Source: an uncultured archaeon (lineage in GTDB: Archaea > Asgardarchaeota > Thorarchaeia > Thorarchaeales > Thorarchaeaceae). From it: a DNA stretch of 53,225 nt. Shown piece by piece: positions 1-10,039 of the stretch. The notes beneath the pieces were generated by a model. It saw nothing but the letters and a program-made list of their open reading frames with translations. It was not told the DNA's origin and searched no databases. The DNA lies in the NCBI GenBank assembly GCA_964631415.1, contig CAZVZC010000003.1, forward strand, positions 1 to 53,225, read 5' to 3'. Both the position numbers and the translations under genes were made by a program. Each line of letters starts with the position of its first letter. Within the stretch, counting starts at the first letter, position 1.

Positions 1-253
1 CGACGTATTCATCGAAGTCCATCACGTGCCCCTTCAGTCCCGAATAGTGACCGAAGCCTCTCATGTCAGGGGCGAACACTGCAACGCCCCGCTCACTGAG
101 ATAGACGCCAATGTTGGTGAGAGCAGAGCCATGACTTCCAAGTCCGTGAATAGCTATCATGAGAGCACGAGGCCGCTCGTCGTCAGGAGTCCACACTGAC
201 ATGAACATCTGGGTGCCATCGTACCCTGTGTAGCTGCTCTCTTCGTACTTCAT
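1..253 (-). CDS. Alpha/beta hydrolase, lysophospholipase/Hydrolase_4-like (runs off the window)
   Basis: Not in the ORF track. Manual translation from ATG 253 gives MKYEESSYTGYDGTQMFMSVWTPDDERPRALMIAIHGLGSH...FAPDMRGFGH, with HGLGSH and DxRGxG motifs. Confidence 0.85.
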   Translation of the reverse strand, partial: MKYEESSYTGYDGTQMFMSVWTPDDERPRALMIAIHGLGSHGSALTNIGVYLSERGVAVFAPDMRGFGHYSGLKGHVMDFDEYV

Positions 254-347
254 TTGTGCCACTGAACATGACATGCCAAAACGCTGCTATTAACGTTGAG
301 TAGCAAACCACATTCAATTATACACTGGCCGGAATCTTGGAGAAGGA

Positions 348-379
348 TGGGGCGGGCCTTCTTGAATCGGGTCGCCCCA
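348..379 (-). terminator. Hairpin downstream of the 3-hydroxyacyl-CoA dehydrogenase gene
   Basis: TGGGGCG (348-354) / CGCCCCA (373-379) inverted repeat just after the stop, followed by a pyrimidine-rich tract on the minus strand. Confidence 0.45.
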
Positions 380-387
380 GATAGGTT

Positions 388-1269
388 TCAGAATCTCATT
401 GGCTTGGGGGGATCGGTTGAGTAGTCATAGAAGCCCTTCCCGGACTTTCTGCCCAGCCATCCTGCACGAACCATCTTGCGCAACAGAGCAGGTGCTCTGT
501 ACTTGCTGTCCTTGAACTCATCCACGAAATAGTCGGAGATGTACAACGCTGTGTCTAGGCCCACGAAGTCAAGAAGTGTCAGCGGACCCATTGGCCAGTT
601 CAGGCCGAGCTTGATAGCTAGGTCCATGTCTTCAACTGTCGTGATGCCTTCCTGAATCGCAAAGACAGCCTCATTCAAGGCGGGCACCAGCAATCGATTG
701 ACTGCAAACCCTGGCGCTTCCTTGACGACCACGGTCTGCTTGCCGACCTTAGTCGAAACAGCCTTTATGATATCGACAGTTGCTTCGTCGGTGGCTTGCC
801 CTTTTATGATTTCAACAAGCCCCATGACAGGCACCGGGTTGAAGAAGTGCATGCCTATGAACTTCTGAGGCCGCTTTGTCACAGCCGCCATCTGGGTGAT
901 ACTGATACTCGAAGTGTTCGACGCTAGTATGGCATTGGCGGGCGCGGCAGCGTCCACTTCCTTCCATGTGTCCAACTTGAGCTTAACTATCTCGGGAATC
1001 GCTTCAATAACCAGATCAGCGTCCTTCACTGCCTCCTTCAGATCGAGAACACACTTTATGCGACGCAGTGTCGCATCTGCGTCCGCCTGAGTGATTTTGC
1101 TCTTCTTCACCATGCGGTCCAAGTTTCCCTTTATCGTAGCAAGACCCTTGTCCAGGAACTGTTGTTCTATGTCTCGCATCTTGACTTCATAGCCTGACTG
1201 AGCACAGACATGGGCAATACCGTTGCCCATCTGGCCTGCGCCAAGCACGGCAATCTTCTTGATATCCAT
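388..1269 (-). CDS. hbd: 3-hydroxyacyl-CoA (3-hydroxybutyryl-CoA) dehydrogenase
   Basis: GAGQMG Rossmann motif, ASNTSS, GMHFFNP, PMGP and GRKSGKGFY. Confidence 0.92.
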   Translation of the reverse strand: MDIKKIAVLGAGQMGNGIAHVCAQSGYEVKMRDIEQQFLDKGLATIKGNLDRMVKKSKITQADADATLRRIKCVLDLKEAVKDADLVIEAIPEIVKLKLDTWKEVDAAAPANAILASNTSSISITQMAAVTKRPQKFIGMHFFNPVPVMGLVEIIKGQATDEATVDIIKAVSTKVGKQTVVVKEAPGFAVNRLLVPALNEAVFAIQEGITTVEDMDLAIKLGLNWPMGPLTLLDFVGLDTALYISDYFVDEFKDSKYRAPALLRKMVRAGWLGRKSGKGFYDYSTDPPKPMRF

Positions 1270-1733
1270 CCTGACCTGTCTCCAGTTGTTAGTAGGTACT
1301 GCACAGGTTCTGAATCAGGTTCGTAATATCTTTGACTGTCGCACTCCTAGACCCCGGCCTGCGTGACCGGTAACATGAAGCGGTCCCATCACGTGACCCC
1401 ATGATGTGGCTGCGGTTTTTATTGCTACCACTGATGAAACGCTTGTGAAAGGCTACGGCGTCGCCCTCGCGTTGGGTATTCACAACGTAAGGACTCAGCG
1501 CATATTCCAACTTCGGTCCGTCAACCCCACTCCACTCGATGTGCACCCGCAAATAAAGGTCCCATCATCAATGGTTTATTGCATCAACAGTGTCATATTT
1601 ACATGGTGTCAGCATCAAACCATAATGCCACCATGAGGTAGAGGCTGTGAACAACAGAACAGTGACCATGGTTCATTCCCACGAGCACCGCTTGGGGCGC
1701 AAAGGGGAGCCAGCCTCTCCCGCAAATCACTAC

Positions 1734-1793
1734 GACCACACGACTTGTGGTCAAATGACCACTTGTGGTCACTTGAATGACCACTGTAGACCA
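1734..1793. repeat. Cluster of alternating GACCAC/GTGGTC half-sites (nested palindromes), possible operator
   Basis: GACCAC at 1734, 1757 and 1779, GTGGTC at 1747 and 1765. Perfect TGACCAC-TT-GTGGTCA at 1756-1771. Direct repeat ACTTGTGGTCA at 1743 and 1761. Confidence 0.7.
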
Positions 1794-2146
1794 TCAGTTA
1801 CATATCAAGTGACCAGCCCAAACCAAACCGAGGTGACATGGTTGAGTAGACTCGTCGCCCTCTTCCAATTCGCGGCTGGCCGGTTCAATGAAACTGCCGG
1901 AAGCTCCGATACTCGGCAAGAAGCAGAGTCGCTCAACAACCATGCTCACCGATGCACAGCTAAGCATACCTACTCTCTCAGCAGCGGTCCCTGCAGGGTG
2001 ATTGCGGGGGCCGCACCCCGAGAAATCACGAAGTCGAACCAGGAGAACACCTGAATGATGACTCACGCGAAACAGACACGCTTTGATTCACGGTTCTTGC
2101 AGCATGACTCGGCCTTCCGAAGCATGATTGGAGGACTGAACACAGA

Positions 2147-3631
2147 ATGACCGGCAACTCGAGGTTCTTTGGACTAAGAGATGCACCTGACTCAATACTG
2201 AGAATGGCCAGAGTCATGTCCATCTTTCTGCCTCTGATCGCAGCAACTGTCACCTTCTCGACAACATTCTATGTCATCTTCATAGCGACCGCTTTGGGCG
2301 GAGGGGACTACATCCAAGGAATGGCCCTTATCGGGACGTTGATTGTGATACAGATGGCCGTCCAAACAGTGTTTGACTACCCCACAGGTGCAGTGGGAGA
2401 CTGGATCGGTCAGAGATACGTCATCTCGCTTTCATTCGCGCTGTATGGCCTGACATTCTACCTTGTTTCGCTAGTAAACGTCCAGACGCCATATGTGCTC
2501 TTGGTCGCCATCTATGCTATCAATGGTATTGCTGATGCTCAGCAGAGCGGAGCCTGGGGAGCTTGGTTTGACAACAACTACAGAGTTGCCATGCCAAACG
2601 ATGTGGACAGGAAGCAATACGGTGTTATGCAGGGAAGGATCGGGATGCTCTTCCAGATTGTATCGACAGTGGCTCTTCTGCCTGGCTCATTGATGGCAGT
2701 TATGTTCAGTAGATCGTGGGTCTTTCAGTTGCAGGCACTCCTGTGTGCCTTGATAGCGGCCTCCGTCCTTGTTGTAGTACAGGACTTGCCCGAGGTCAAA
2801 GCCAGCCGACAGAAGAGACCATCGTTCGGCGAATATGGCTCGCTTCTAAAGGCAGGTGTCAGCTACATCTTCAGCGAGCCGTTTGTCAAGTATGTGATGA
2901 TAGGCACGATGGTCGCAGCGAGCAGCATCATTGTGTGGGGAAATTTGATACTCTTCCCCATGTACTACGCCTACTTGACGACTGACGTAGCCGTTGCTCT
3001 ATTCAGGACTCTGCTGTTCATTCCAGGGGTTGCCTCCCAAGAACGATCTGGGATTTGGTCAAGGAAGTTCGAGCCCAAGAAGTGGATCCCACGTTTCAGG
3101 CTCGTTCAGATGTGCGGATTCGTCTTCTTCCTCACGTTCGCCGGAATCATGTACCTGCTTCCTCCCGCCTCTGCAGGGACGCCGACCATCGACATCTTCT
3201 TCCCATTCACTCAGTTGGTGATACTGAAGCTGCCACCGAGCACTGTGCTTCCCGTGGTCTTGATGTTCATTACCTTCACGGTGACGGGCTTCTTCGGAGG
3301 ATTCGCTGAGATCCTGACTCAACGCATTCTGATTGATGCTATTCCCAACAGAATCAGGAACAGCATGTATTCGCTGCAGCCAGCCCTGGGCACGATCATT
3401 GCAATGCCGCAGATCGCGCTCTTTGGCTGGCTCATCCCGCGCTGGGGTTTCCCGCTTACCCTTGTATCTTGTGGGATTGTATCCGTCATAGGCGTGTTCA
3501 TGATATCGAAAGGTTTCAAGTACCCGCTCCCGGTTACTGGCGACGAGGCCTTTGTAGGACATCAGCAGAAAGCGTCCGAGCCCAGTGAGGCCTCAGTCGA
3601 GCCCGCGATGACAGAGAAAACCAAGGACTGA
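2147..3631 (+). CDS. Major facilitator superfamily transporter
   Basis: About 12 hydrophobic segments and MFS motif A (DYPTGAVGDWIGQR). Confidence 0.85.
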   Translation: MTGNSRFFGLRDAPDSILRMARVMSIFLPLIAATVTFSTTFYVIFIATALGGGDYIQGMALIGTLIVIQMAVQTVFDYPTGAVGDWIGQRYVISLSFALYGLTFYLVSLVNVQTPYVLLVAIYAINGIADAQQSGAWGAWFDNNYRVAMPNDVDRKQYGVMQGRIGMLFQIVSTVALLPGSLMAVMFSRSWVFQLQALLCALIAASVLVVVQDLPEVKASRQKRPSFGEYGSLLKAGVSYIFSEPFVKYVMIGTMVAASSIIVWGNLILFPMYYAYLTTDVAVALFRTLLFIPGVASQERSGIWSRKFEPKKWIPRFRLVQMCGFVFFLTFAGIMYLLPPASAGTPTIDIFFPFTQLVILKLPPSTVLPVVLMFITFTVTGFFGGFAEILTQRILIDAIPNRIRNSMYSLQPALGTIIAMPQIALFGWLIPRWGFPLTLVSCGIVSVIGVFMISKGFKYPLPVTGDEAFVGHQQKASEPSEASVEPAMTEKTKD

Positions 3632-3785
3632 AGTCGGCCGACCATGCATCGGGGTTGCAGACCAATGAAGACCGTCAACTAGCAAGCTTATTATTGCTGC
3701 GTAATGACCACCTTTGTGGTGATATGGTTTGTCAGAGCGACCAGGTTTCATGAGCGTTTCATTCTCTGACTCTGGACTTACGACC

Positions 3786-4589
3786 ATGGGTTATGAGAAG
3801 AAAATGATCCGTGAAGACGAAGTCAAGTTCGAGGGACAAGACGGAATCCTCGAGCTGACTGATGTGAGGCTTGTCTGGTACAAGAAACCCAGCAAGCAGG
3901 GAGGTCTCAAGAAGTTTGGTGCCTTTGCTGGTGCAGTCGCTGGCGCAGCCTTGCTCGAGGGAGTCGGTTCACGTGTAGGAGGCATCGGCGGACACGCAAT
4001 CAGAAGTGTGGGACGCGGGGTTGGCGCTGCCGCTGTGTATACTGCCATTTCCTCATGGACACAGGACTCGTTCATCAACAAGGATGCCAAAGGCAACGCC
4101 GAGAGCATGGCAATCCCTATAGTTGCAGTTTCGCAGGCACAGATGTCTGGGAACAAACTGATACTTCCTCTGAAGTCCGGAGGAGATATGAGATTCGAGT
4201 TCAAGCAGCCCAAGGTGATCTCTGCTATCATAGCAAACATCTCATCGGCCCAAGGCCAAGGCAAGTGCCCATACTGCGGCGCTCCATCAGGTGGAAGAGC
4301 TTCATGCGCCCAATGTGGAGCCGTCCTACAAGGAAGTGGCGGCGGTGGTGCTCCGCGAGGATCCGGTGGAGACGAAAGCGTCACAATGACCAGTAGCGGC
4401 GACGAAGAACAGGGATCTTTCACGATCACTAGCACAGGATCAGGTCGTGGAGGACAGCCTGACCGCGCGACCATCACATTCAAGACCACGGGCGGTGGTG
4501 GCGGCCGTGGCGGTTTCTGCCCGAACTGTGGCCAGCCTTTACCTGCCGGAGCCAAGTTCTGTAACAACTGTGGACAGAAAGTAGGTTAG
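3786..4589 (+). CDS. Zinc-ribbon protein with N-terminal PH/GRAM-like region and glycine-zipper insert
   Basis: CPYC..CAQC and C-terminal CPNC..CNNC knuckles, GILELTDVRLVWYKK strand and a Gly/Ala-rich segment. Start moved to ATG 3786. Confidence 0.7.
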   Translation: MGYEKKMIREDEVKFEGQDGILELTDVRLVWYKKPSKQGGLKKFGAFAGAVAGAALLEGVGSRVGGIGGHAIRSVGRGVGAAAVYTAISSWTQDSFINKDAKGNAESMAIPIVAVSQAQMSGNKLILPLKSGGDMRFEFKQPKVISAIIANISSAQGQGKCPYCGAPSGGRASCAQCGAVLQGSGGGGAPRGSGGDESVTMTSSGDEEQGSFTITSTGSGRGGQPDRATITFKTTGGGGGRGGFCPNCGQPLPAGAKFCNNCGQKVG

Positions 4590-4602
4590 TCAATGGACAT
4601 AC

Positions 4603-4641
4603 GAGGCAGGGCTGTGCCTTGCCCCTTCTCTCCTTTTTCTT
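4603..4641 (+). terminator. Hairpin plus T-rich tract
   Basis: GGCAGG..CCTTGCC imperfect stem followed by TTCTCTCCTTTTTCTT after the stop at 4589. Confidence 0.45.
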
Positions 4642-4680
4642 GTCGCAGATAGGCGATTCAGCAGTCTATTCCATACTAGA

Positions 4681-5439
4681 CTATCTGAACAGGTCCTCAG
4701 ACTTTGGCCTTGGGACCCTCCTACCGAACTCAGACCCACCAGAGTACGGGTATCCCCTAACTATTACAGCTGGCACGCCTTCGCCTGCTTGTCCCATTGC
4801 ATGTTCTGCTGCTGCGGCGAGTTCATCGATCTGACAGACCGTCGAGTGTTCAAGGACTCTTCCATACAGGTCCTGTCTGCCCCTGTTGTACTTGAACGCG
4901 TTTATGCCTGCGCACCCAATGGCCAGGTTCACAGACCCGACCCGCCAAGGTCGGCCCTGAGTGTCCGACACTATGACTGCAAGCCTGCTCAGACCTGATC
5001 GTTCAATCAGAGCATGCATGATGTGTTCTGCACTCGCGTCGGGGTCTTCGGGAAGGAGGATGTACGAGCCTGTTGGTGCATTCGACCTGTCAACGCCACT
5101 GAAGTTGCACACTATGCCGTTCCTGGTTTCAGTAATCAACACACGTTCGGTCCTAAGCACCTCTCGACTCTCATCAAGAGCCAGCTGAACTTGGCAGGGA
5201 TCAAACCCATTGCGGTTGGCAATGTCTTGGGCATGCTCAGACACCTGCACATCGCTCTGACGGACGACCCGTCCCTCCGACTTCGAAACTATCTTCTGAG
5301 CTACGACTAACACATCACCGTCAACAAGCTTCTCGCCAGATCTTCCGAGGGCTCTCAGGATGATTTCGGGGAGGTCCGACGGACCATCTATCACTGGGAT
5401 GCCTTCAACTGCGATGACTTGAATCCGAGGGCTGGGCAA
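4681..5439 (-). CDS. cofE: Coenzyme F420-0:L-glutamate ligase
   Basis: AQKIVSKSEGR, SGVDRSN, LLPEDPD, DTQGRPWR, DELAAAA and C-terminal DLFR. Confidence 0.93.
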   Translation of the reverse strand: MPSPRIQVIAVEGIPVIDGPSDLPEIILRALGRSGEKLVDGDVLVVAQKIVSKSEGRVVRQSDVQVSEHAQDIANRNGFDPCQVQLALDESREVLRTERVLITETRNGIVCNFSGVDRSNAPTGSYILLPEDPDASAEHIMHALIERSGLSRLAVIVSDTQGRPWRVGSVNLAIGCAGINAFKYNRGRQDLYGRVLEHSTVCQIDELAAAAEHAMGQAGEGVPAVIVRGYPYSGGSEFGRRVPRPKSEDLFR

Positions 5440-5717
5440 CGTCCACTACTCGTGGACACGCCACGTCGCGACTCTAAAAGCCTGTCTATGGTCACAAGAA
5501 CCCCGAAGTGCACGATTTTGGAGCCCCGTAGAGGCCATCGGGGTCGGTCGAAACAGCCCGTTCTGACCCAAACGCGCCCTATGAAGCCCCGAAAGGAGGC
5601 ACAACGGGAAAACAATAAATGGATACACTGATGACCAAATCGAGCCAACGAGCTATTTGTCCCGGCCTGTTGCGAAGTGCATTGATTGGACAGCACGATA
5701 TATTCGAGGTGAGCCCA

Positions 5718-7922
5718 ATGAGTCCCGCGAAGAAGGACAGTGCAAAGAGCGCTGCAGAGAAGAGCGTCAAGAGCAAGGGCAGCAAGAAGCCTACTCCGAA
5801 GAAGAGCGCCGAAAGCAAGAGCAGGAAACAGGCCGTCCCGAAGAAGACTGTCGAGAAGAAAGCTAGGAAAGAACCCGTTTCCAAGAAGAGGATTAAGAGA
5901 AAGGGAAAGAGAGAAACCACTCCAAAGGGAAGTGAATCCGCAGTCGAAGCTCCTCTCGAGGAGTCAGGAGAGATCAAGCAGGGCACCATCGCGAAGTTCA
6001 TGCGAAAGAGGACACAACTTGTTGGTTTCGAAACAGGTCTGAACAAGCATACCCAGTATTCTATCGAGTTCATCGACAACGCGATTGACGCACTGGAGAG
6101 CTGGTGGTGGAAGACTGACAGAAAACCTCGACTAAGCGACCAGCTTGATTCGAAGCTTGTTGAGGAAGTCAAGGAGAAGTTCAAGGACCAGCTGGAAGAC
6201 ACAATTGCCCTCAGCAAGAAGATCGAGAAGGACATGCGTGACGGGAAACAGGTGGATATCCCGCCGCGACCCAAGGATAACCTGGAAACGCACCTCGCGA
6301 GATTCAGGAAGTTCCTTGTTCCATTCCGAGGACTAATCACGAAGCACGAGCCCCTTGTTGTCATTCAGGTGACCGAGCTTCTTATGCCCGACTTGGTCCC
6401 AGTGGTCAATGAGGAGGGTTTCAAAGTCTATGAGTTCATCTGCTTCGACACTGGTGTCGGAATGGTACCGGCAGACCTCGAGAAGTTTGGCATTTATCTG
6501 GCCTCGAGCAAGTCAGAACAACTGAAACAGACTAGGGGAAGTCAAGGGTTCGGAGCTCCTTCAGCTTTCAGCGACGCTCAGAACACGACAGGAAAACCGA
6601 TATTCGCAGTCACGAAGAAGTTCACATCAGAAAAGGCGACTGTAGCTGAGTACTACACGACAACTGCAAACACGAAGGAGTATGTCAACGGCCCACTGGA
6701 GATGGACCTGCCCTTCGAGCATGGCACTTTCATCAAGCTCTACTATCTCAACATCCAGTACAAGCGAGGATACGCGGACGTCTACGCCCAGATGACCTCA
6801 CTACTGGACCCTCACGTCACTATTGTGTTCATTGACCCCTATGGTGAGGTGCATATCCATCCTCGACGAGTGAACGCGTTCCCAGAAGAACCGAAGTACG
6901 CCCAAGCGCACCCCGCCAGCATAAGGATAGGTGAGTTCCAAGACCTGCTTCGAGAAACATCAGAACGAGACCTCCATGGTTTCCTTACAAGGGGTTTTTG
7001 CAGACTGAGCGGAAACAAGGCCGCTGCTATTATAGAGAACACCAACAAGGAACTGAGGATTCGCAAGCTTCCTACTATAGGTCCGAGGACTCCAACAGAC
7101 TCGTTGTCGAAGACAGAGGTGGAGTTTCTCTACAAGGCATTCTCGAGCTAAGAGTACATTGCTCCGCCCACGGACACAGTTGTACCGGTCGGAGAGGAGA
7201 TCTTTGAGAAGACCATAAAGCAGGCCTACAACCCTGAGTTCGTGACCGCAATAACGAGGAAACCTACCTCAGGAAAAGGACTATCCTTTGCGGTCGAGGT
7301 ATGCATTGCTTATGGCGGCGACATCAAACCCGCAGGATCAGCGAACGCGGTACTGTGGAGGTTTGTCAATCGAGTACCAAAGCTCCGGGACAATAGTGAC
7401 TGTGCTACTTGGAAGGCAACGACCTCTGTGAAATGGAGGAACTACAAGCTGGATTCTTTCGACAATGGCATACCAAGAGGACCAGTCATGCTTTTCATAC
7501 ATGTCTGTGGGGCCTACGTCCATGTTATGTTCAAGGGTCAAAGCAAGCAGGCATTGGCAGAAGATGAGGTTCTCTTAAGAGAGATCAAGCTCGCACTTGA
7601 GGATGCAGGAAGGAAGTTCAGGCTATTCATAACCCGTCGAGAAACTGCGAAGAAGAAGGCCAAGAGAGCCGGCATTCTTGCCATGTACGCTGATCAGTTC
7701 GCTCACAGCCTTGTTGCGATAGTCAATGATAACAAGCGGAAGAAGTTGTACGACGCCGAAACGATTGCATCCAGACTGCGAGATGCCATATCGGGTTTCG
7801 AGATGGAGGCCGATGAAGAGGAGATCGAAGGCGACGTACTGAGCGCGGATTTACTTGCAGATATTCCGCTTGGAGATAGTGAAGACAACGACGTTGGCAC
7901 CTCGCCAGGTGGAGATGACTAG
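5718..7922 (+). CDS. top6B: DNA topoisomerase VI subunit B (734 codons) interrupted by one in-frame TAA at 7149-7151
   Basis: GHKL motifs EFIDNAIDA, DTGVG and QTRGSQGFG, H2TH region and transducer RFVNRVP. The 5619 and 7242 ORFs share a frame, and the gap reads EYIAPPTDTVVPVGEEIFEKTIKQAYNPEF. SD GAGGTGA precedes ATG 5718. Confidence 0.9.
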
Positions 7923-10039
7923 TGGCTGCTAAACGGACTGATAACAAGGAGGCTGTCCAGACCACCCTAGGGAATCTGGTCGAGCCAAAGAAGGCGAAAG
8001 ACTCAAAGATGAGGTCTCTCAGGCACAGACTCTCTCGGAAGGAGAGCAAGGCATCGGACAAGAAACGGACGGAGAAGAAGGGCAAGCCCGAGAAGAAGAA
8101 GCCAGAGCCCAAGATGGCAAGCAAGAAGGCCGGCGCAAAGAGAGAGAAGAAGGCCCAAGGCAAGGCAACACCCAAGATCCCGAAGGCCGTTCACAAGGAG
8201 CAGCCGCCTGCAGAGACATCGCTCGGACTCCTAGCTGGAGTTGGTAAGAAGTTAGAAAAGAAACTGATTGAAGCAGGATACGACTCTATCGAGCAGCTTT
8301 CAAAGGCAAAGGCGGACGCCGTGTCGCGGCGAGTAGAGGGAATGACCATCGACTTTGCGAAGAAGCTCATCAAGGCTGCGGCCGAATACCTGAAAGCCTC
8401 ATCAGCTGGTTTGGAGGAAAAACAGCCCCCGTCTACAGAAGCCGTGCCGAGTGCAGAGGCGACTGGCCCCGAACCCGAACTGACCGATCTGGACGGTGTG
8501 GGCTCCAAGCTCGCACAGAAACTAGTATCTGCCGGGTATGACTCCGTCGCTAGGATGTCAAGGACTCGTCCAGAGAGTTTGGCACGTACAGTGGATGGCT
8601 TAAGCGTGAGCCATGCGAAGTCACTCGTGACGGCCGCCAAGGAGGCCATGAGGTCGAGGCAGCTCGCTCAGGTTTCTGGTGAACCCGAAGCAGTCACTAC
8701 TTCTCCTGAATCAAAAGCACCCAAGGAACCCCGCGAGAAGAAGACAAGTAAGAAGACGAAAACGCAGGTAGAAGAGACTGTGGTTACCACACACCGAAAG
8801 CCCAAACCCATAAAGGTCCCATTGAAGCGAGCGAAGCCGATCCGCAAGTCGTCAGGGCTGCCTGTCCCGCAGCCTATAATCGACCTTGCCGAACAGATGA
8901 GAGCACAGTGGCGCGCGGCAGAGAAAGAACCGGTTTCGAAGGAAGGGGTCACATCACCAGATACAGTTCCGGTGGCGAACCTGACATCAGACGAAACCAT
9001 CGAGAGACTGGTGGAGGCAGCAGTCGAGGTTCTGAATGAAACCATGACCACCGGGCGACCTTCGTTTGAGATACCAAGCAGGTCTGCTGAGAACATAGTC
9101 TGGGACGAAGTAAGAGACCTCCTTCTGCTGGGCATGCGGACGATCTCTCGTCCCTACCACTCACTAGCATCTGTCGTGGATGCCACCCGCACTGCAAGAG
9201 TCATGGAGATAGTATATGAACTGCTGAAGTCGAGCCTTCATGCTACGAAGAGAGAAGTCTACTATTCAGATGTCAACCTCTTTCGCGACCAGAAGTACAG
9301 TGACAAGATACTCGAGGACGTTTCATCAATGCTGCAGACGACCCGTGACAGCGTACACGTTGTGGCCGCTGCCCGTGGGTCGGCGATGGGACGCGTCGTC
9401 ATAAGGGATGCTGGTGACAGGATTGATCTCACTCAGATGGGTACCGGTGGTTGGGCCATAACGCCATTCCTTGATGAGGTCGAGATAGTTGAGAGTGATG
9501 CCGAATTCATTCTTCTGTCAGAGAAAGACGCCGCAGTGATGCGGTTGGCAGAAGCCAAGTACTGGAACAGACAGCCGTGCATCGTGCTCACAGGAAAGGG
9601 CTCAGGCGACATGGCCACGAGAGCCTTCCTGAAGATTATGGTCAAGGAACTGGAGATTCCGGCCTTCGCACTCATGGACTCTGACCCGTACGGGCACTAC
9701 ATCTATTCCGTCTTTCTCCGAGGTAGCAAGCGACTGAGCTACGAATCGCCGTTTATTGCAACGCCCGAACTGAAGCTCCTCGGAGTGCTCAGCAGAGACC
9801 TAGATGAGTTCAAGATCCCGAAGAGCGTTCGCATCCCCATGATGCCAGCAGACATCAAGCGAGTTAAGGAGATGCTCAAGGAGCCCTTTGTGCAGAAGAA
9901 TGGCCCGTGGGTTCAAGATCTGGAGCTTATGCTCCGTATCAGAGAGAAGGCAGAGATTCAGGCGTTCGCAAGTCATGGCTTCGAGTACCTGACAGACGAA
10001 TACATTCCGCGCAAACTTGAGACCGGCGACTGGATATGA
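7922..10039 (+). CDS. top6A: DNA topoisomerase VI subunit A (Spo11 family) with long N-terminal extension containing two HhH domains
   Basis: TKREVYY with catalytic Tyr, TOPRIM SEKDA and DSDPYG, KAEIQA. Coupled to top6B by a TAGTG overlap. Confidence 0.93.
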   Translation: MAAKRTDNKEAVQTTLGNLVEPKKAKDSKMRSLRHRLSRKESKASDKKRTEKKGKPEKKKPEPKMASKKAGAKREKKAQGKATPKIPKAVHKEQPPAETSLGLLAGVGKKLEKKLIEAGYDSIEQLSKAKADAVSRRVEGMTIDFAKKLIKAAAEYLKASSAGLEEKQPPSTEAVPSAEATGPEPELTDLDGVGSKLAQKLVSAGYDSVARMSRTRPESLARTVDGLSVSHAKSLVTAAKEAMRSRQLAQVSGEPEAVTTSPESKAPKEPREKKTSKKTKTQVEETVVTTHRKPKPIKVPLKRAKPIRKSSGLPVPQPIIDLAEQMRAQWRAAEKEPVSKEGVTSPDTVPVANLTSDETIERLVEAAVEVLNETMTTGRPSFEIPSRSAENIVWDEVRDLLLLGMRTISRPYHSLASVVDATRTARVMEIVYELLKSSLHATKREVYYSDVNLFRDQKYSDKILEDVSSMLQTTRDSVHVVAAARGSAMGRVVIRDAGDRIDLTQMGTGGWAITPFLDEVEIVESDAEFILLSEKDAAVMRLAEAKYWNRQPCIVLTGKGSGDMATRAFLKIMVKELEIPAFALMDSDPYGHYIYSVFLRGSKRLSYESPFIATPELKLLGVLSRDLDEFKIPKSVRIPMMPADIKRVKEMLKEPFVQKNGPWVQDLELMLRIREKAEIQAFASHGFEYLTDEYIPRKLETGDWI

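Noticed and set aside
1734-1793. CRISPR array
   Set aside because: Units are 6-11 bp and there are no 25-45 bp repeats with unique spacers.
5579-6364. Long antisense ORFs (this one, plus 3791-4567, 10737-11441, 26619-27392, 46620-47393)
   Set aside because: Shadows of well-supported genes on the opposite strand, with no motifs.
7242-7922. Independent 226-aa gene (likewise 49917-50351)
   Set aside because: In-frame continuation of the upstream ORF across a single stop, with homology-like sequence before the called start.
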